14,552 nucleotides of DNA from Promethearchaeota archaeon. GTDB taxonomy: Archaea > Asgardarchaeota > Lokiarchaeia > Sigyniarchaeales > SOKP01. A program made the position numbers and the translations under genes. Under the pieces are notes generated by a model. The model saw nothing but the letters and a program-made list of their open reading frames with translations. It searched no databases and was not told the origin of the DNA. The stretch covers positions 1-14,552 of the forward strand of contig JBHLON010000058.1 in NCBI GenBank assembly GCA_048940445.1. Direction: 5' to 3'. Each line of letters starts with the position of its first letter. The stretch's first letter is position 1. Shown one piece after another: positions 1-8,491 of the stretch.

Positions 1-1
1 A

Positions 2-565
2 TTAGTAGAAAAACCAAAAGCTTTTATATCAAATTTAGCAATTGCAGGACCTTATGCTTTTTCTTACTCTGCAACTAAAGCGCTTTTCAAGCATATAAAA
101 AGTTATCTTGATAAAAAAAATGAAAATTCAAAAGAAATATACTTAACTGAAAGCTTACAAGATTTAATTAATGATGGATTTAAGATTGCTGCGGTTAATC
201 TAAAGCAAGGTATCTTAGATTTTGGAAGACCTTCTGAACTTCTAAATGGTAATAGGTATCTATTAGAACATTATTCTACTAGTAAAGAACAATATCAAGA
301 TTCAAATATCTCAGTTAATAAATCTTTTATTAAAAATCCCGTCTTTATTGGGGTGGATTGCAGAATTATTAATTCCGTAATTGGTCCTTATGTGTCCATA
401 GGAGACTCCTCTAAAATTGAGAATTGTATATTAGAAAATTGTGTAATTGAAAAGAATTCAATTCTCAAAAACATTATCTCCAGTAATTCTATAATTGGTA
501 GTAATGTCAAAGTAGAAAATATTAGTAAGGATAATTTAATAATAGGAGATAAGAGTGTTTTCTAA
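2..565 (+). CDS. Sugar-phosphate nucleotidyltransferase (glucose-1-phosphate thymidylyltransferase-like) with C-terminal left-handed beta-helix; 5' end lies outside the window
   Basis: Frame 2 is open from the window edge to TAA at 563-565. It reads LVEKPKAFISNLAIAGPYAF (VEKP motif), EIYLTESLQ and LDFGRPSELLNGN, then hexapeptide-like repeats (NPVFIGVDCRIINSVIGPYVSIGDSSKIEN). The track ORF 353..565 is only its tail. Confidence 0.9.
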   Translation, partial: LVEKPKAFISNLAIAGPYAFSYSATKALFKHIKSYLDKKNENSKEIYLTESLQDLINDGFKIAAVNLKQGILDFGRPSELLNGNRYLLEHYSTSKEQYQDSNISVNKSFIKNPVFIGVDCRIINSVIGPYVSIGDSSKIENCILENCVIEKNSILKNIISSNSIIGSNVKVENISKDNLIIGDKSVF

Positions 566-669
566 GATATTAATAGTTAAAAATTAAGAATTTTAAAAAA
601 CGTTATTTACTTCTTAAAAATATAAGGATTAAATAAAAATTAATGAAACCAACTTAAAAGTGATCTATA

Positions 670-2028
670 ATGCCATATAATGTAGCTTTTGATGTTGCAC
701 ATAAACCAAGAGGTAAACTAGATGAGAATCTAACTGAAATGAGAGATTTTCTCAATGATAATGGCTTTTCATGTTATAACTTTTTAGAAACACCTATTAC
801 TCAGTTTTCATTAAAACCTTTTGATATTTTAATTTTTGTATGCCCAGATTTTGCAAAGATTTCACCTATGGAAATAACTGAAATAGTGAATTGGGTTAAA
901 GAAGATGGTGGGGGACTACTTTTATTATCCCATGCTGGAGGTGATAGAGGTAGAAGTAGTAATTTAAGCGAGTTAAGTCAACAATTTGGTATAGCATTTG
1001 AGAATGATCAGGTATTAGATGGGACTTATAACTTAGGGATGGAAAATATGCCTATTATTACCTCATTTATACCACCTCATCCAATAACTAGTGGAATAAA
1101 TTCTTTATGTTATCGTTCTGGATGCTCTCTCACTATTTTAGGATCTGCATTTTCCATAGCATCTTCTAATGAGACTTCAGAACCATTTTCTACCCCATTA
1201 ATATGCGTCTCTGAGGCAGAAAACGGTAGAATTTGCGCAATTGGCAGTTATGAAATGCTCCGTGATAAGGTAAGTGGTGGATTTAATTACGATGAACATC
1301 CAAAATTTATTTACAATTTATTTAATTGGCTTCTTTCTGATTATAGAATAGATTTACGTTCAAAAGGAGAAATCCCAAAAATAGCGCCTCAACCAGCAGA
1401 AGTCCCTACATCAGCACCTCAATATACTACCGAAACGGTAGACTCCATTCCCGTTAGCCAAAAGCCATTAGATATCGATTTTTCAATAAAGATAACGAAA
1501 AAGAAAGAATTAATTGAATTATTAAAAATTTTTCAAAATCAAATTAACAGAATACAGAATACGATTGAAAAATTAATTACTTTTTTAGGAGGATCTAGTA
1601 ATCAATCTGTAAAATTAGAGGGTTCAGAGATTTCTCCCCCTCCTATTCAAAAAGAAAAAGTACCCCAGGATTTAGGGATATTAGAACTCCCTAAAAATGT
1701 TAAGCTAACAGATTTACCCCCTAAACCAGAAAAATTAAAACAACCAGGAGATAATATGTTCATAGGACTTCCATTAGAAGAGAAAGCTGATTTTAAAAAA
1801 GTTCCCAAACTTAAGCCGAAGAAAAAACAAAAGAAAAAAGATTTAATTGCTGAGAAGGATGCTTTAGAAAGCAAGTTAAATTCAGTGCATAATCTATTGG
1901 ACTTTGTTGAAAAAAAGCATAAAGCAGGAACAATTGATAAGAAAGATTATGAAAAACGAATAAATCAGTTGAAAGCTGATATCAATAGAACACAAAACAG
2001 GATTGATGAAATAAATAAAATGCTATAA
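670..2028 (+). CDS. GIFT-domain (GldG/IFT52/DUF4350, class I GATase-like fold) protein with Pro-rich linkers and C-terminal coiled coils
   Basis: The N-terminal ~220 aa contain VAFDVAH, FDILIFVCP, GGGLLLLSHAGGD..SNLSELSQQFGIAFENDQVLD, HPITSGI, YRSGCSL, GRICAIGSYEMLRD and FIYNLFNWL. These are followed by Pro-rich segments, heptad helices and a G-T-I-x-x-x-D-Y (SHOCT-like) end. No signal peptide. Confidence 0.75.
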   Translation: MPYNVAFDVAHKPRGKLDENLTEMRDFLNDNGFSCYNFLETPITQFSLKPFDILIFVCPDFAKISPMEITEIVNWVKEDGGGLLLLSHAGGDRGRSSNLSELSQQFGIAFENDQVLDGTYNLGMENMPIITSFIPPHPITSGINSLCYRSGCSLTILGSAFSIASSNETSEPFSTPLICVSEAENGRICAIGSYEMLRDKVSGGFNYDEHPKFIYNLFNWLLSDYRIDLRSKGEIPKIAPQPAEVPTSAPQYTTETVDSIPVSQKPLDIDFSIKITKKKELIELLKIFQNQINRIQNTIEKLITFLGGSSNQSVKLEGSEISPPPIQKEKVPQDLGILELPKNVKLTDLPPKPEKLKQPGDNMFIGLPLEEKADFKKVPKLKPKKKQKKKDLIAEKDALESKLNSVHNLLDFVEKKHKAGTIDKKDYEKRINQLKADINRTQNRIDEINKML

Positions 2029-2071
2029 TCTTTATTAATTTTTAAAAAAGTATTTAAGATTAAATGAATTT

Positions 2072-2551
2072 CTAATGGTGGCCACATCCACACCCGCAAG
2101 CTTCAGGAGGATCTGGTTCACATCCAGTTTCAACAATCTTAATTTTGAAATTTAAATTTTTACCTGCTAAAGGATGATTCATATCAATAGTAACTGAATC
2201 TTTTTCAATTTCAGTAACTCTTGCTATGGAATGAGTGCCATTAGGTCCATCAATTCTTAGAATCATGCCGATTTCTGGTTTAATGTCCTTAGGGAATTTT
2301 TCCCTATTAATTTTATGCTGTAATGTTGGGTTAAATTCTCCATATGCTTCTAATGGTGAGAGAGTTATTGAAAATTCTTCTCCAATATTTTTTCCAATCA
2401 TAGCATTATCAAAACCATTAATGACTTGCCCAGACCCTACTTCGAACTTTAAAGGAATTCCATCATTCAAATCTGTGCTATCAAATATTGTGCCATCCTC
2501 TAAACGGCCTTCATATTCAACTTTAATTATATCCCCTTTTTTTATTGCCAT
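2072..2551 (-). CDS. slyD: FKBP-type peptidyl-prolyl cis-trans isomerase, SlyD family
   Basis: Motifs VKVEYEGRLEDGTIFDST, PLKFEVGSGQVINGFD, EAYGE, an insert-in-flap domain and VTIDMNHPLAGKNLNF. Short Cys/His tail CGCGCGHH. Confidence 0.93.
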   Translation of the reverse strand: MAIKKGDIIKVEYEGRLEDGTIFDSTDLNDGIPLKFEVGSGQVINGFDNAMIGKNIGEEFSITLSPLEAYGEFNPTLQHKINREKFPKDIKPEIGMILRIDGPNGTHSIARVTEIEKDSVTIDMNHPLAGKNLNFKIKIVETGCEPDPPEACGCGCGHH

Positions 2552-2666
2552 AATGATCTTAGTACTCTTCTTTAAATAGAATAAATAACAAGATTTTATA
2601 ACTAAATTGTTTATAAATTAAAAATATATAGAAATAAAACCTTAAAAAAGATTAATCCAAAAATTC

Positions 2667-3485
2667 TCAGGATTTTGAGAATCCACCATGATGGAATTCA
2701 ATACTAAAGTTATTTATTTTTTCCTCCTCACAAAAATCTCTTATCGATTGTTCTATTAATTCCCATCTAGAAGAAGTAACCCTAAAATCTTGATACACTG
2801 GTAAAAGTGGAGGGTAATGTGTTTTTATTAGTTTCATAATACGAGGAATATTGTGTGGACGAAAATTCAGATTTTCAAACATAAAATAATCAGTATAGGG
2901 TTTTGAAATTTTAATAATTTCTCGAAAGTTCGTCAATTTTGGAAAGAATGGAGAAATAAAAGTATACGTTTTGATATGATTGGTATGTATTTCTTCTAAT
3001 GCTCTTAATCTTTCTAATGGTTTAGAAGCTCCCCGTTCAATTATTTTAGAAAGATTCTCATCTAGGGTACAAATAGAAATACCCACTTCGATACTTTCGA
3101 ATTCTTTGAATAAATCTATGTCCCTAACAACAAATTTAGATTTAGTTAAGATTGATATTTCTGCTTTTGTTCCGATTAATTTTTCTAAAATCCTTCGAGT
3201 GTTTTCATATTTTAATTCTAATGGAATATAAGGGTCTGTTACTGAACTTAACAAAATCCTTTTACCATTATATTTTTGGGGTTTAATCTTATTAAAATCA
3301 TAAGTCTTTATATCCAAAAACTGCCCCCATTTATCTCCCTTATGATCTGTAAATCTTATCATAAATTCAGCGTAACAATAAATACAGCCATGTTGGCATC
3401 CAATATATGGATTGATAACAAAATCAACGCTTGGAATATTAGATTTGGTTATAATACTTTTAGCTTCTCGAAAATTAATTTTCAT
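2667..3485 (-). CDS. Radical SAM protein, spore-photoproduct-lyase-like (SplB/Rv2578c-type) family
   Basis: INPYIGCQHGCIYCYA (CxxxCxxC), SSVTDPY, ILTKSxxVVRDIDL, VGISI, and E-x-G-A-S...RL motifs. Confidence 0.88.
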   Translation of the reverse strand: MKINFREAKSIITKSNIPSVDFVINPYIGCQHGCIYCYAEFMIRFTDHKGDKWGQFLDIKTYDFNKIKPQKYNGKRILLSSVTDPYIPLELKYENTRRILEKLIGTKAEISILTKSKFVVRDIDLFKEFESIEVGISICTLDENLSKIIERGASKPLERLRALEEIHTNHIKTYTFISPFFPKLTNFREIIKISKPYTDYFMFENLNFRPHNIPRIMKLIKTHYPPLLPVYQDFRVTSSRWELIEQSIRDFCEEEKINNFSIEFHHGGFSKS

Positions 3486-3520
3486 TTTTATAATTTCTAA
3501 ATTGTATATTTATTAGAATT

Positions 3521-4714
3521 CTAAATTCGAAGATCAGAGGGTAAAATGGAATTAACCAAAAGCTTCTTAAAATTTTGAGGAGATGGTTGTTTTCCAAATT
3601 TCTCTTTAATTAAAATTTCCCCATATACATAATTAAATACATAAGAGGACCATAGTGGATGTCTTATGGATTTTAATTGTCGTTTAATATACTCTTCGGG
3701 AATGAGATTGAAATCTAAAGCATAATTTATCAGTTCATCATCGAGCCACCCATCCTCATGAGCATGAATAGCGATATTGCTGAAAATCTTTAGCATTTCC
3801 CCCTGAGATCGATAATAACTAATTATTGGATCGAGATCTAGATTAGATGGTTCATGGCATAATTCATTTAGAATAAATGAACCTTTTTCGTAATCTGAAA
3901 ACAAAACATCAGCAGCAGTATTTCCAATACCTTCAGAGATAACTGATTCGGGAGCAAGGATCAATAAAATACTATTCTCAAATCTTTTCTGTTCAATATA
4001 CAATTTTTGTTCTTTAAGTACATGCTCAGTATGATGTCCTGGATATGCCTCATGTGTCAATAATCTTAAGACACTTCCGCAATCCAATGGTATATCAATA
4101 TTAATATCAATTCTGGATTTAAATTTTCCTTGATACCAGTTATATGCCCCCCATGGTTTGTCATTAACAAAATGAATAGAAATTTCTTCTTCATTAGGAA
4201 ATAAATCTGGAAATACTTCATAAGTTTTCTCGCGAATCATTTTACTAGCTTTTTTAAACGTATTTTCCAAATTATTGATTGATAACCTATGCTTTTCTCT
4301 AAAATCATTAATGCGATCACTAAGTGCACCGGATCCTTTAAAAATAGAATCTAATTCAGCATGTAATTTATAAAATTCTGAGTCATCAAATAATTCAGGC
4401 TTAATATCATATATTTTAAATATTTTTTCTAAAAAAGGGATTTCTTTTCCCAAAATTACACTTAAAGAAGTTTCAATAGCCCCAAGTGTTTTTCTCAGAA
4501 ACTTGATGCGTTCTTCGGAGAAATTTTGCTCATCTAATTGATTTTGGAGATTTTTACAAGACTCTAAAAGTGTATTAGGAGAGAGAGGTTTTTCATTATC
4601 AACCAAATCACTTAATTCAGGTGGACCATAGTATGCATCAACAAAACCTTCAATTAATTTACCCATTCGTAAGGCAAGGAGTAAATATTCCTCTCCAAAT
4701 TTATCTAATGCCAT
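3521..4714 (-). CDS. DUF885-like zinc metallopeptidase-fold protein
   Basis: HEAYPGHHTE metal-binding motif, downstream SEGIG, N-terminal GFVDAYYGP, WGAYNWYQG and C-terminal YVFNYVYG. Confidence 0.75.
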   Translation of the reverse strand: MALDKFGEEYLLLALRMGKLIEGFVDAYYGPPELSDLVDNEKPLSPNTLLESCKNLQNQLDEQNFSEERIKFLRKTLGAIETSLSVILGKEIPFLEKIFKIYDIKPELFDDSEFYKLHAELDSIFKGSGALSDRINDFREKHRLSINNLENTFKKASKMIREKTYEVFPDLFPNEEEISIHFVNDKPWGAYNWYQGKFKSRIDINIDIPLDCGSVLRLLTHEAYPGHHTEHVLKEQKLYIEQKRFENSILLILAPESVISEGIGNTAADVLFSDYEKGSFILNELCHEPSNLDLDPIISYYRSQGEMLKIFSNIAIHAHEDGWLDDELINYALDFNLIPEEYIKRQLKSIRHPLWSSYVFNYVYGEILIKEKFGKQPSPQNFKKLLVNSILPSDLRI

Positions 4715-4789
4715 GCTCTATAGAGATTATCTTTTATGGTATATATTAATTATTAATTATAAATGAAAATTGTTAAAAAACAAAGAAGT

Positions 4790-5368
4790 TCAGTATGAAC
4801 TCATAAAAAATTCATATAAAACATCTTCCTTTAAATTTAAAAGAAAATCTGAATTTAAATCATCAATATTTATCCTTTTTGTTTCCTTGATTTTAAAATC
4901 TTCACCTTCCAAATCCGCGTCATACCAATGTTTTATTAATCCTATTCTTTTTAGTTTCTGAAATTTAAGGAGATTTGATATAAAATCCATCCATTTTTTA
5001 AGTTCTTGGTCTCGTTCTGAGGGGATTTTTTTATGGCTCTTTTTATGAGATTTTAACTTTATTTTATCCATAATCCACTCTTGAATTTGTTCATTAGACC
5101 ATTTTTTTTTCTTTAAGGATTTTATTTTTTTAGATTTAAGTAATTTCTCATATTCTTGTAGAGGATTATTGGATCCAAGAACAGTATCACAATCACAATA
5201 ATCCTTGGTTGTTCTAAAGTACAATTCTCCAGGTCTAAATTGTGTTTTTAATTTCTTATTGTCTATGGGAAAAAAATACATGTTGAATTCTTCAAAAATA
5301 GGTTTTAAATCTTCTAGGTTTGTTCCCTCTGGAAGTGTTGATGTAATGTAATAACACAAATTAATCAC
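4790..5368 (-). CDS. Hypothetical protein with CDCDT motif; true start may be TTG at 5359, giving M-C-Y-Y-I-T
   Basis: 192-codon ORF that fills the gap between co-directional genes. Contains CYYIT, TTKDYCDCDTVLGS and IGLIKHWY, plus a Lys-rich middle. Confidence 0.7.
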   Translation of the reverse strand: MINLCYYITSTLPEGTNLEDLKPIFEEFNMYFFPIDNKKLKTQFRPGELYFRTTKDYCDCDTVLGSNNPLQEYEKLLKSKKIKSLKKKKWSNEQIQEWIMDKIKLKSHKKSHKKIPSERDQELKKWMDFISNLLKFQKLKRIGLIKHWYDADLEGEDFKIKETKRINIDDLNSDFLLNLKEDVLYEFFMSSY

Positions 5369-5410
5369 ATATGATTTAATATTAAAATTTTGAAAAAATA
5401 AATTTAATGA

Positions 5411-5441
5411 AGGTTAACCTAACGTATGATGTGGCTAACCT
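5411..5441 (-). terminator. Stem-loop directly after the Lrp stop codon, followed by a U-rich tract
   Basis: The minus strand reads AGGUUAGCC-N13-GGUUAACCU, a 9-bp stem with one G-U pair, then UCAUUAAAUUUAUUUUUU. Confidence 0.4.
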
Positions 5442-5859
5442 ACTTAATAACATCAGTTATAAAACATGTTTCCATTATTTTTATTCCTTTAATTTGAGAA
5501 ATTTTTTCCTCAATCAAAGGATTAAACTGTTCTATTGACGGAATCTCAACCTTGACTAATAGGCCACAATCACCGCTAAGCCGCCATATATCAGTAATTT
5601 CCTCAATCTCATTTAATTCTTTCATGATTGATTTTATTTCCTTGAAATCAGGCTCGATTTTAACTGTTGCTCTTGTTTTAGGTTTTGAATTTATAGCATA
5701 TTCAATTGTATACTTTTTAATAATCCCTTCGTCTTCTAATTTTTTAACACGCCTCCGTACGGTAGCTTCTGTTTTCCCTACTCGTGAACTTATATCATTA
5801 AATGAGACTCTGCTATTTGCTTTTAATTCCTCAAGAATTTTTAAATCTATAACATCCAT
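5440..5859 (-). CDS. Lrp/AsnC family transcriptional regulator
   Basis: N-terminal HTH MDVIDLKILEELKANSRVSFNDISSRVGKTEATVRRRVKKLEDEGII; C-terminal RAM domain (WRLSGDCGLLVKV). GAGGT lies upstream of the ATG. Confidence 0.93.
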   Translation of the reverse strand: MDVIDLKILEELKANSRVSFNDISSRVGKTEATVRRRVKKLEDEGIIKKYTIEYAINSKPKTRATVKIEPDFKEIKSIMKELNEIEEITDIWRLSGDCGLLVKVEIPSIEQFNPLIEEKISQIKGIKIMETCFITDVIK

Positions 5860-6193
5860 AAAGTTTACCTCATAGAATTAATTCTAAGTCTGTGATATAA
5901 TTTTACAATTTCTCTATATTCTAATTATTAATTATGATAAATCAATATATATTTTTTTTCTTTTTACTATTAATTATAATACCATATTTCGTGGAATTCT
6001 TCATTTTGTCGAGAACAATAAAAACCTTTGTAATATTTTTAAATCTGGCTTATAAACTTCTATCAATTACTTAATATTTTTTCAAACTTTCAATAAAATT
6101 TAATGGAATTACAAAAATTTCTATGAATTTTGATGAACTTCATTTCCAAAATTAAATTAAAAATTTAAGAAAAACCTCATTATTTTTCAAAGC

Positions 6194-7813
6194 ATGTCTT
6201 TTCTGGGATTAGATTGTTCAACGCAATCATTTACAACAATTTTAATTAATTCTAATAATGTCCTTCACGAAAATACATTAATTTTCGATAGAGATTTACC
6301 TCATTATAATACGAAAAATGGAGCATATTTTTTTGAAGAGGGTAAGATAGTTCACTCGAATCCTCTTATGTGGATTGAGGCTTTAGAATTGTCTTTTGAA
6401 GAGTTAAAGGATTCTGAAGTTCAAATAAAGGATATAAAAGCAATTTCAGGTTCAGGACAACAACATGGAACAATTTATTTGAATAATAAATTTAAAAGTA
6501 CCTTACATAATTTAAAACCGAATTTATCCTTAAATGAACAATTAAAGGATGTATTTTCAAGAGACACAAGCCCCATTTGGATGGATTCTAGTTCTTCTAA
6601 ACAATGTGAAGAGATACGCCATAAATTAGGTGGTATAGAATCAACTATTAAAATTACAGGTTCAAACACCTTTGAGAGATTTTCTGGGCCTCAAATTAGG
6701 AAATTTTATCAAGAAAACCCAGATGCTTATGCCAAAACTTCCATTATACATTTAGTAAGCTCATTCTTAGCGTCTCTATTACTCGGAGAAAGTGCTCCAA
6801 TTGATCATGGAGATGGTGCCGGTATGAACTTAATGAATATTAAAACAAAACAATGGGATATAAGAGCTTTAGATGCAACTGCTCCTAATTTAGAGAAAAA
6901 GTTACCCAAATTATGCAATTCTTACGATATTCTTGGCGCAATTGCGCCCTACTTTGTGAAAAAATATGGTTTTTCTCCTGAAACCAAAATTTTAGCTTGG
7001 TCTGGTGATAATCCAAATAGTTTAATAGGGGTTGGAATAACAGAAAAAGGAAAAGCAGCAATTAGTTTGGGAACAAGTGATACTTACTTTGGATATTTGA
7101 AAAGTTTCACTTATAATGTAAATGCAGAAAGTCAGATATTTGTGGCTCCAACAGGAGATTATATGATTTTAATTTGCTTCAAAAATGGCTCTTTGACACG
7201 AGAGCGTATTAAAAACCAATATGAACTTTCATGGAATCAATTTTCTGATATTTTACGCAAGACACCTCCAGGAAATTATGGAAAGCTTATGCTTCCTTAT
7301 GTTTTCCCAGAAATTGTCCCACTTGTATTAAACCCAAGAGTTTATCGTTTTGGATTTGATGAAGATGACATTGCTGGAAATGTCAGAGGTATTATTGAGG
7401 CTCAATTTCTATCAATACGACTTCATTCTAAATGGATAACAGAGGAACTCAATGAGATATATGCTACTGGTGGTGCTTCTGAAAACAAAGGAATCATACA
7501 AACACTTGCTAATATATTTAATAAAGCTGTAAGGATTTTTCCAATTACTAATTCAGCAGTATTAGGAGCTGCGTTAAGAAGTAAAAAGTCATATCTTGAT
7601 TTTATTGGAAATGAAGTTACATGGGAAAATATTGTAAAAAGTTTTCTTAATATTCAATCTAGCACTGTAGTGCTACCTGTACAGAAATATAAAGAATTAT
7701 ATGATGATATGCTTGAATTATATAAAAATTATGAAAATTATATTTTAAAAAATGGAGAGAATCCAGAAAAATTAAGAAATTATTTCATTAAGAAGCATTT
7801 TAAATTCTCATAA
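6194..7813 (+). CDS. xylB: Xylulose kinase, FGGY family, eukaryote-type (XYLB/XKS1-like) subfamily
   Basis: LGLDCSTQS, FDRDLP, ISGSGQQHGTIY, SPIWMDSS, ERFSGPQIRK, LVSSFLASL, IDHGDGAGMNL, GDNPNSL, ISLGTSDT, CFKNGSLTRE and ATGGASxN. Confidence 0.88.
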   Translation: MSFLGLDCSTQSFTTILINSNNVLHENTLIFDRDLPHYNTKNGAYFFEEGKIVHSNPLMWIEALELSFEELKDSEVQIKDIKAISGSGQQHGTIYLNNKFKSTLHNLKPNLSLNEQLKDVFSRDTSPIWMDSSSSKQCEEIRHKLGGIESTIKITGSNTFERFSGPQIRKFYQENPDAYAKTSIIHLVSSFLASLLLGESAPIDHGDGAGMNLMNIKTKQWDIRALDATAPNLEKKLPKLCNSYDILGAIAPYFVKKYGFSPETKILAWSGDNPNSLIGVGITEKGKAAISLGTSDTYFGYLKSFTYNVNAESQIFVAPTGDYMILICFKNGSLTRERIKNQYELSWNQFSDILRKTPPGNYGKLMLPYVFPEIVPLVLNPRVYRFGFDEDDIAGNVRGIIEAQFLSIRLHSKWITEELNEIYATGGASENKGIIQTLANIFNKAVRIFPITNSAVLGAALRSKKSYLDFIGNEVTWENIVKSFLNIQSSTVVLPVQKYKELYDDMLELYKNYENYILKNGENPEKLRNYFIKKHFKFS

Positions 7814-7874
7814 TATTAATATACTATAAAAAAATTGATCTATCTTAACCAAATATTAAATTAGGTTTTTATTG

Positions 7875-8390
7875 ATGGAAATTAGAAAAATATTATGCCT
7901 TATAAGTGGATTATTGACTCTTGTTGCCACCTATGTTTTTGCTTGGTTTAATGTTGACTTATCAGGTACTGATTATTACGGTCATGGTATAGGAGTCATA
8001 ATGAGCCTTCCGAATACATTTGGAAATGCAGAAACAATTGCTACTAGTTGGAGTGTACCTACTTTTGCTATTTATATTGTAGGAGGGTGTCTTATATTCT
8101 TTTTGTTTTCAGGTGTCATAATCCTACTTGGATTAAAGTATCGGGCATTTGCAATTATTGGAGCGATAATGCCTATTCTTATAGCACTTGCTATTATATC
8201 GGGTCCTTTCAACGCTCCTCCAAATCTTATAGATTATATAGGACCATTCTCAAGCGAAAGTTTAGGGGGATTTCCTCTAAATTTAGCGATTGGACCATCA
8301 GGATTCGGAGCTTCTGTATCAGTGGGGAATTATTTATTACTTGGAGGAGGAATTTTAGGGATGATTAGTGGATTTTTACCTAAAGAGTAA
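7875..8390 (+). CDS. Hypothetical integral membrane protein (~4 TM segments)
   Basis: ATG at 7875 (TTG at 7872 is an alternative start). About four hydrophobic Gly-rich segments. Co-directional with the kinase and ~60 nt downstream of it. Confidence 0.8.
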   Translation: MEIRKILCLISGLLTLVATYVFAWFNVDLSGTDYYGHGIGVIMSLPNTFGNAETIATSWSVPTFAIYIVGGCLIFFLFSGVIILLGLKYRAFAIIGAIMPILIALAIISGPFNAPPNLIDYIGPFSSESLGGFPLNLAIGPSGFGASVSVGNYLLLGGGILGMISGFLPKE

Positions 8391-8435
8391 GAAGATGTAA
8401 TAAAAAGGGTAATTTTAAGAAAACAGTAAATAATA

Positions 8436-8447
8436 TTTTTTTTTTTT
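8436..8447 (+). terminator. Oligo-T (T12) archaeal-type terminator
   Basis: A run of 12 T about 45 nt after the TAA at 8390. Confidence 0.55.
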
Positions 8448-8451
8448 CTAT

Positions 8452-8482
8452 AAAAAATTTTATAAATAAACTCATATGGTGA
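8452..8482 (+). promoter_or_regulatory. Putative BRE/TATA box and GGTGA ribosome-binding site for the small ORF at 8492
   Basis: An A-run is followed by TTTTATAAATA (8458-8468). GGTGA at 8478-8482 lies 9 nt before the ATG. The AT-rich background lowers the specificity of the TATA call. Confidence 0.4.
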
Positions 8483-8491
8483 TTTATAATT

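Noticed and set aside
353-565. 70-aa ORF as a standalone gene
   Set aside because: It is the in-frame C-terminus of the nucleotidyltransferase that starts upstream of the window.
1647-1874. 75-aa minus-strand ORF
   Set aside because: Antisense shadow of the Lys-rich part of 670..2028.
2235-3500. Plus-strand ORFs 2235..2579, 2980..3231 and 3276..3500
   Set aside because: Antisense to the well-supported slyD and radical SAM genes, with no motifs.
4770-5875. Plus-strand ORFs 4770..4961 and 5552..5875
   Set aside because: Antisense shadows of the hypothetical and Lrp genes.
5860-6193. TATTAATTAT-type repeats in the Lrp/kinase intergenic region (also near 4750) as Lrp operators
   Set aside because: Pure A/T low-complexity motifs are expected by chance in these spacers, and no convincing operator can be defined by eye.
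6475-6669. 64-aa minus-strand ORF
   Set aside because: Antisense within the xylulokinase gene.
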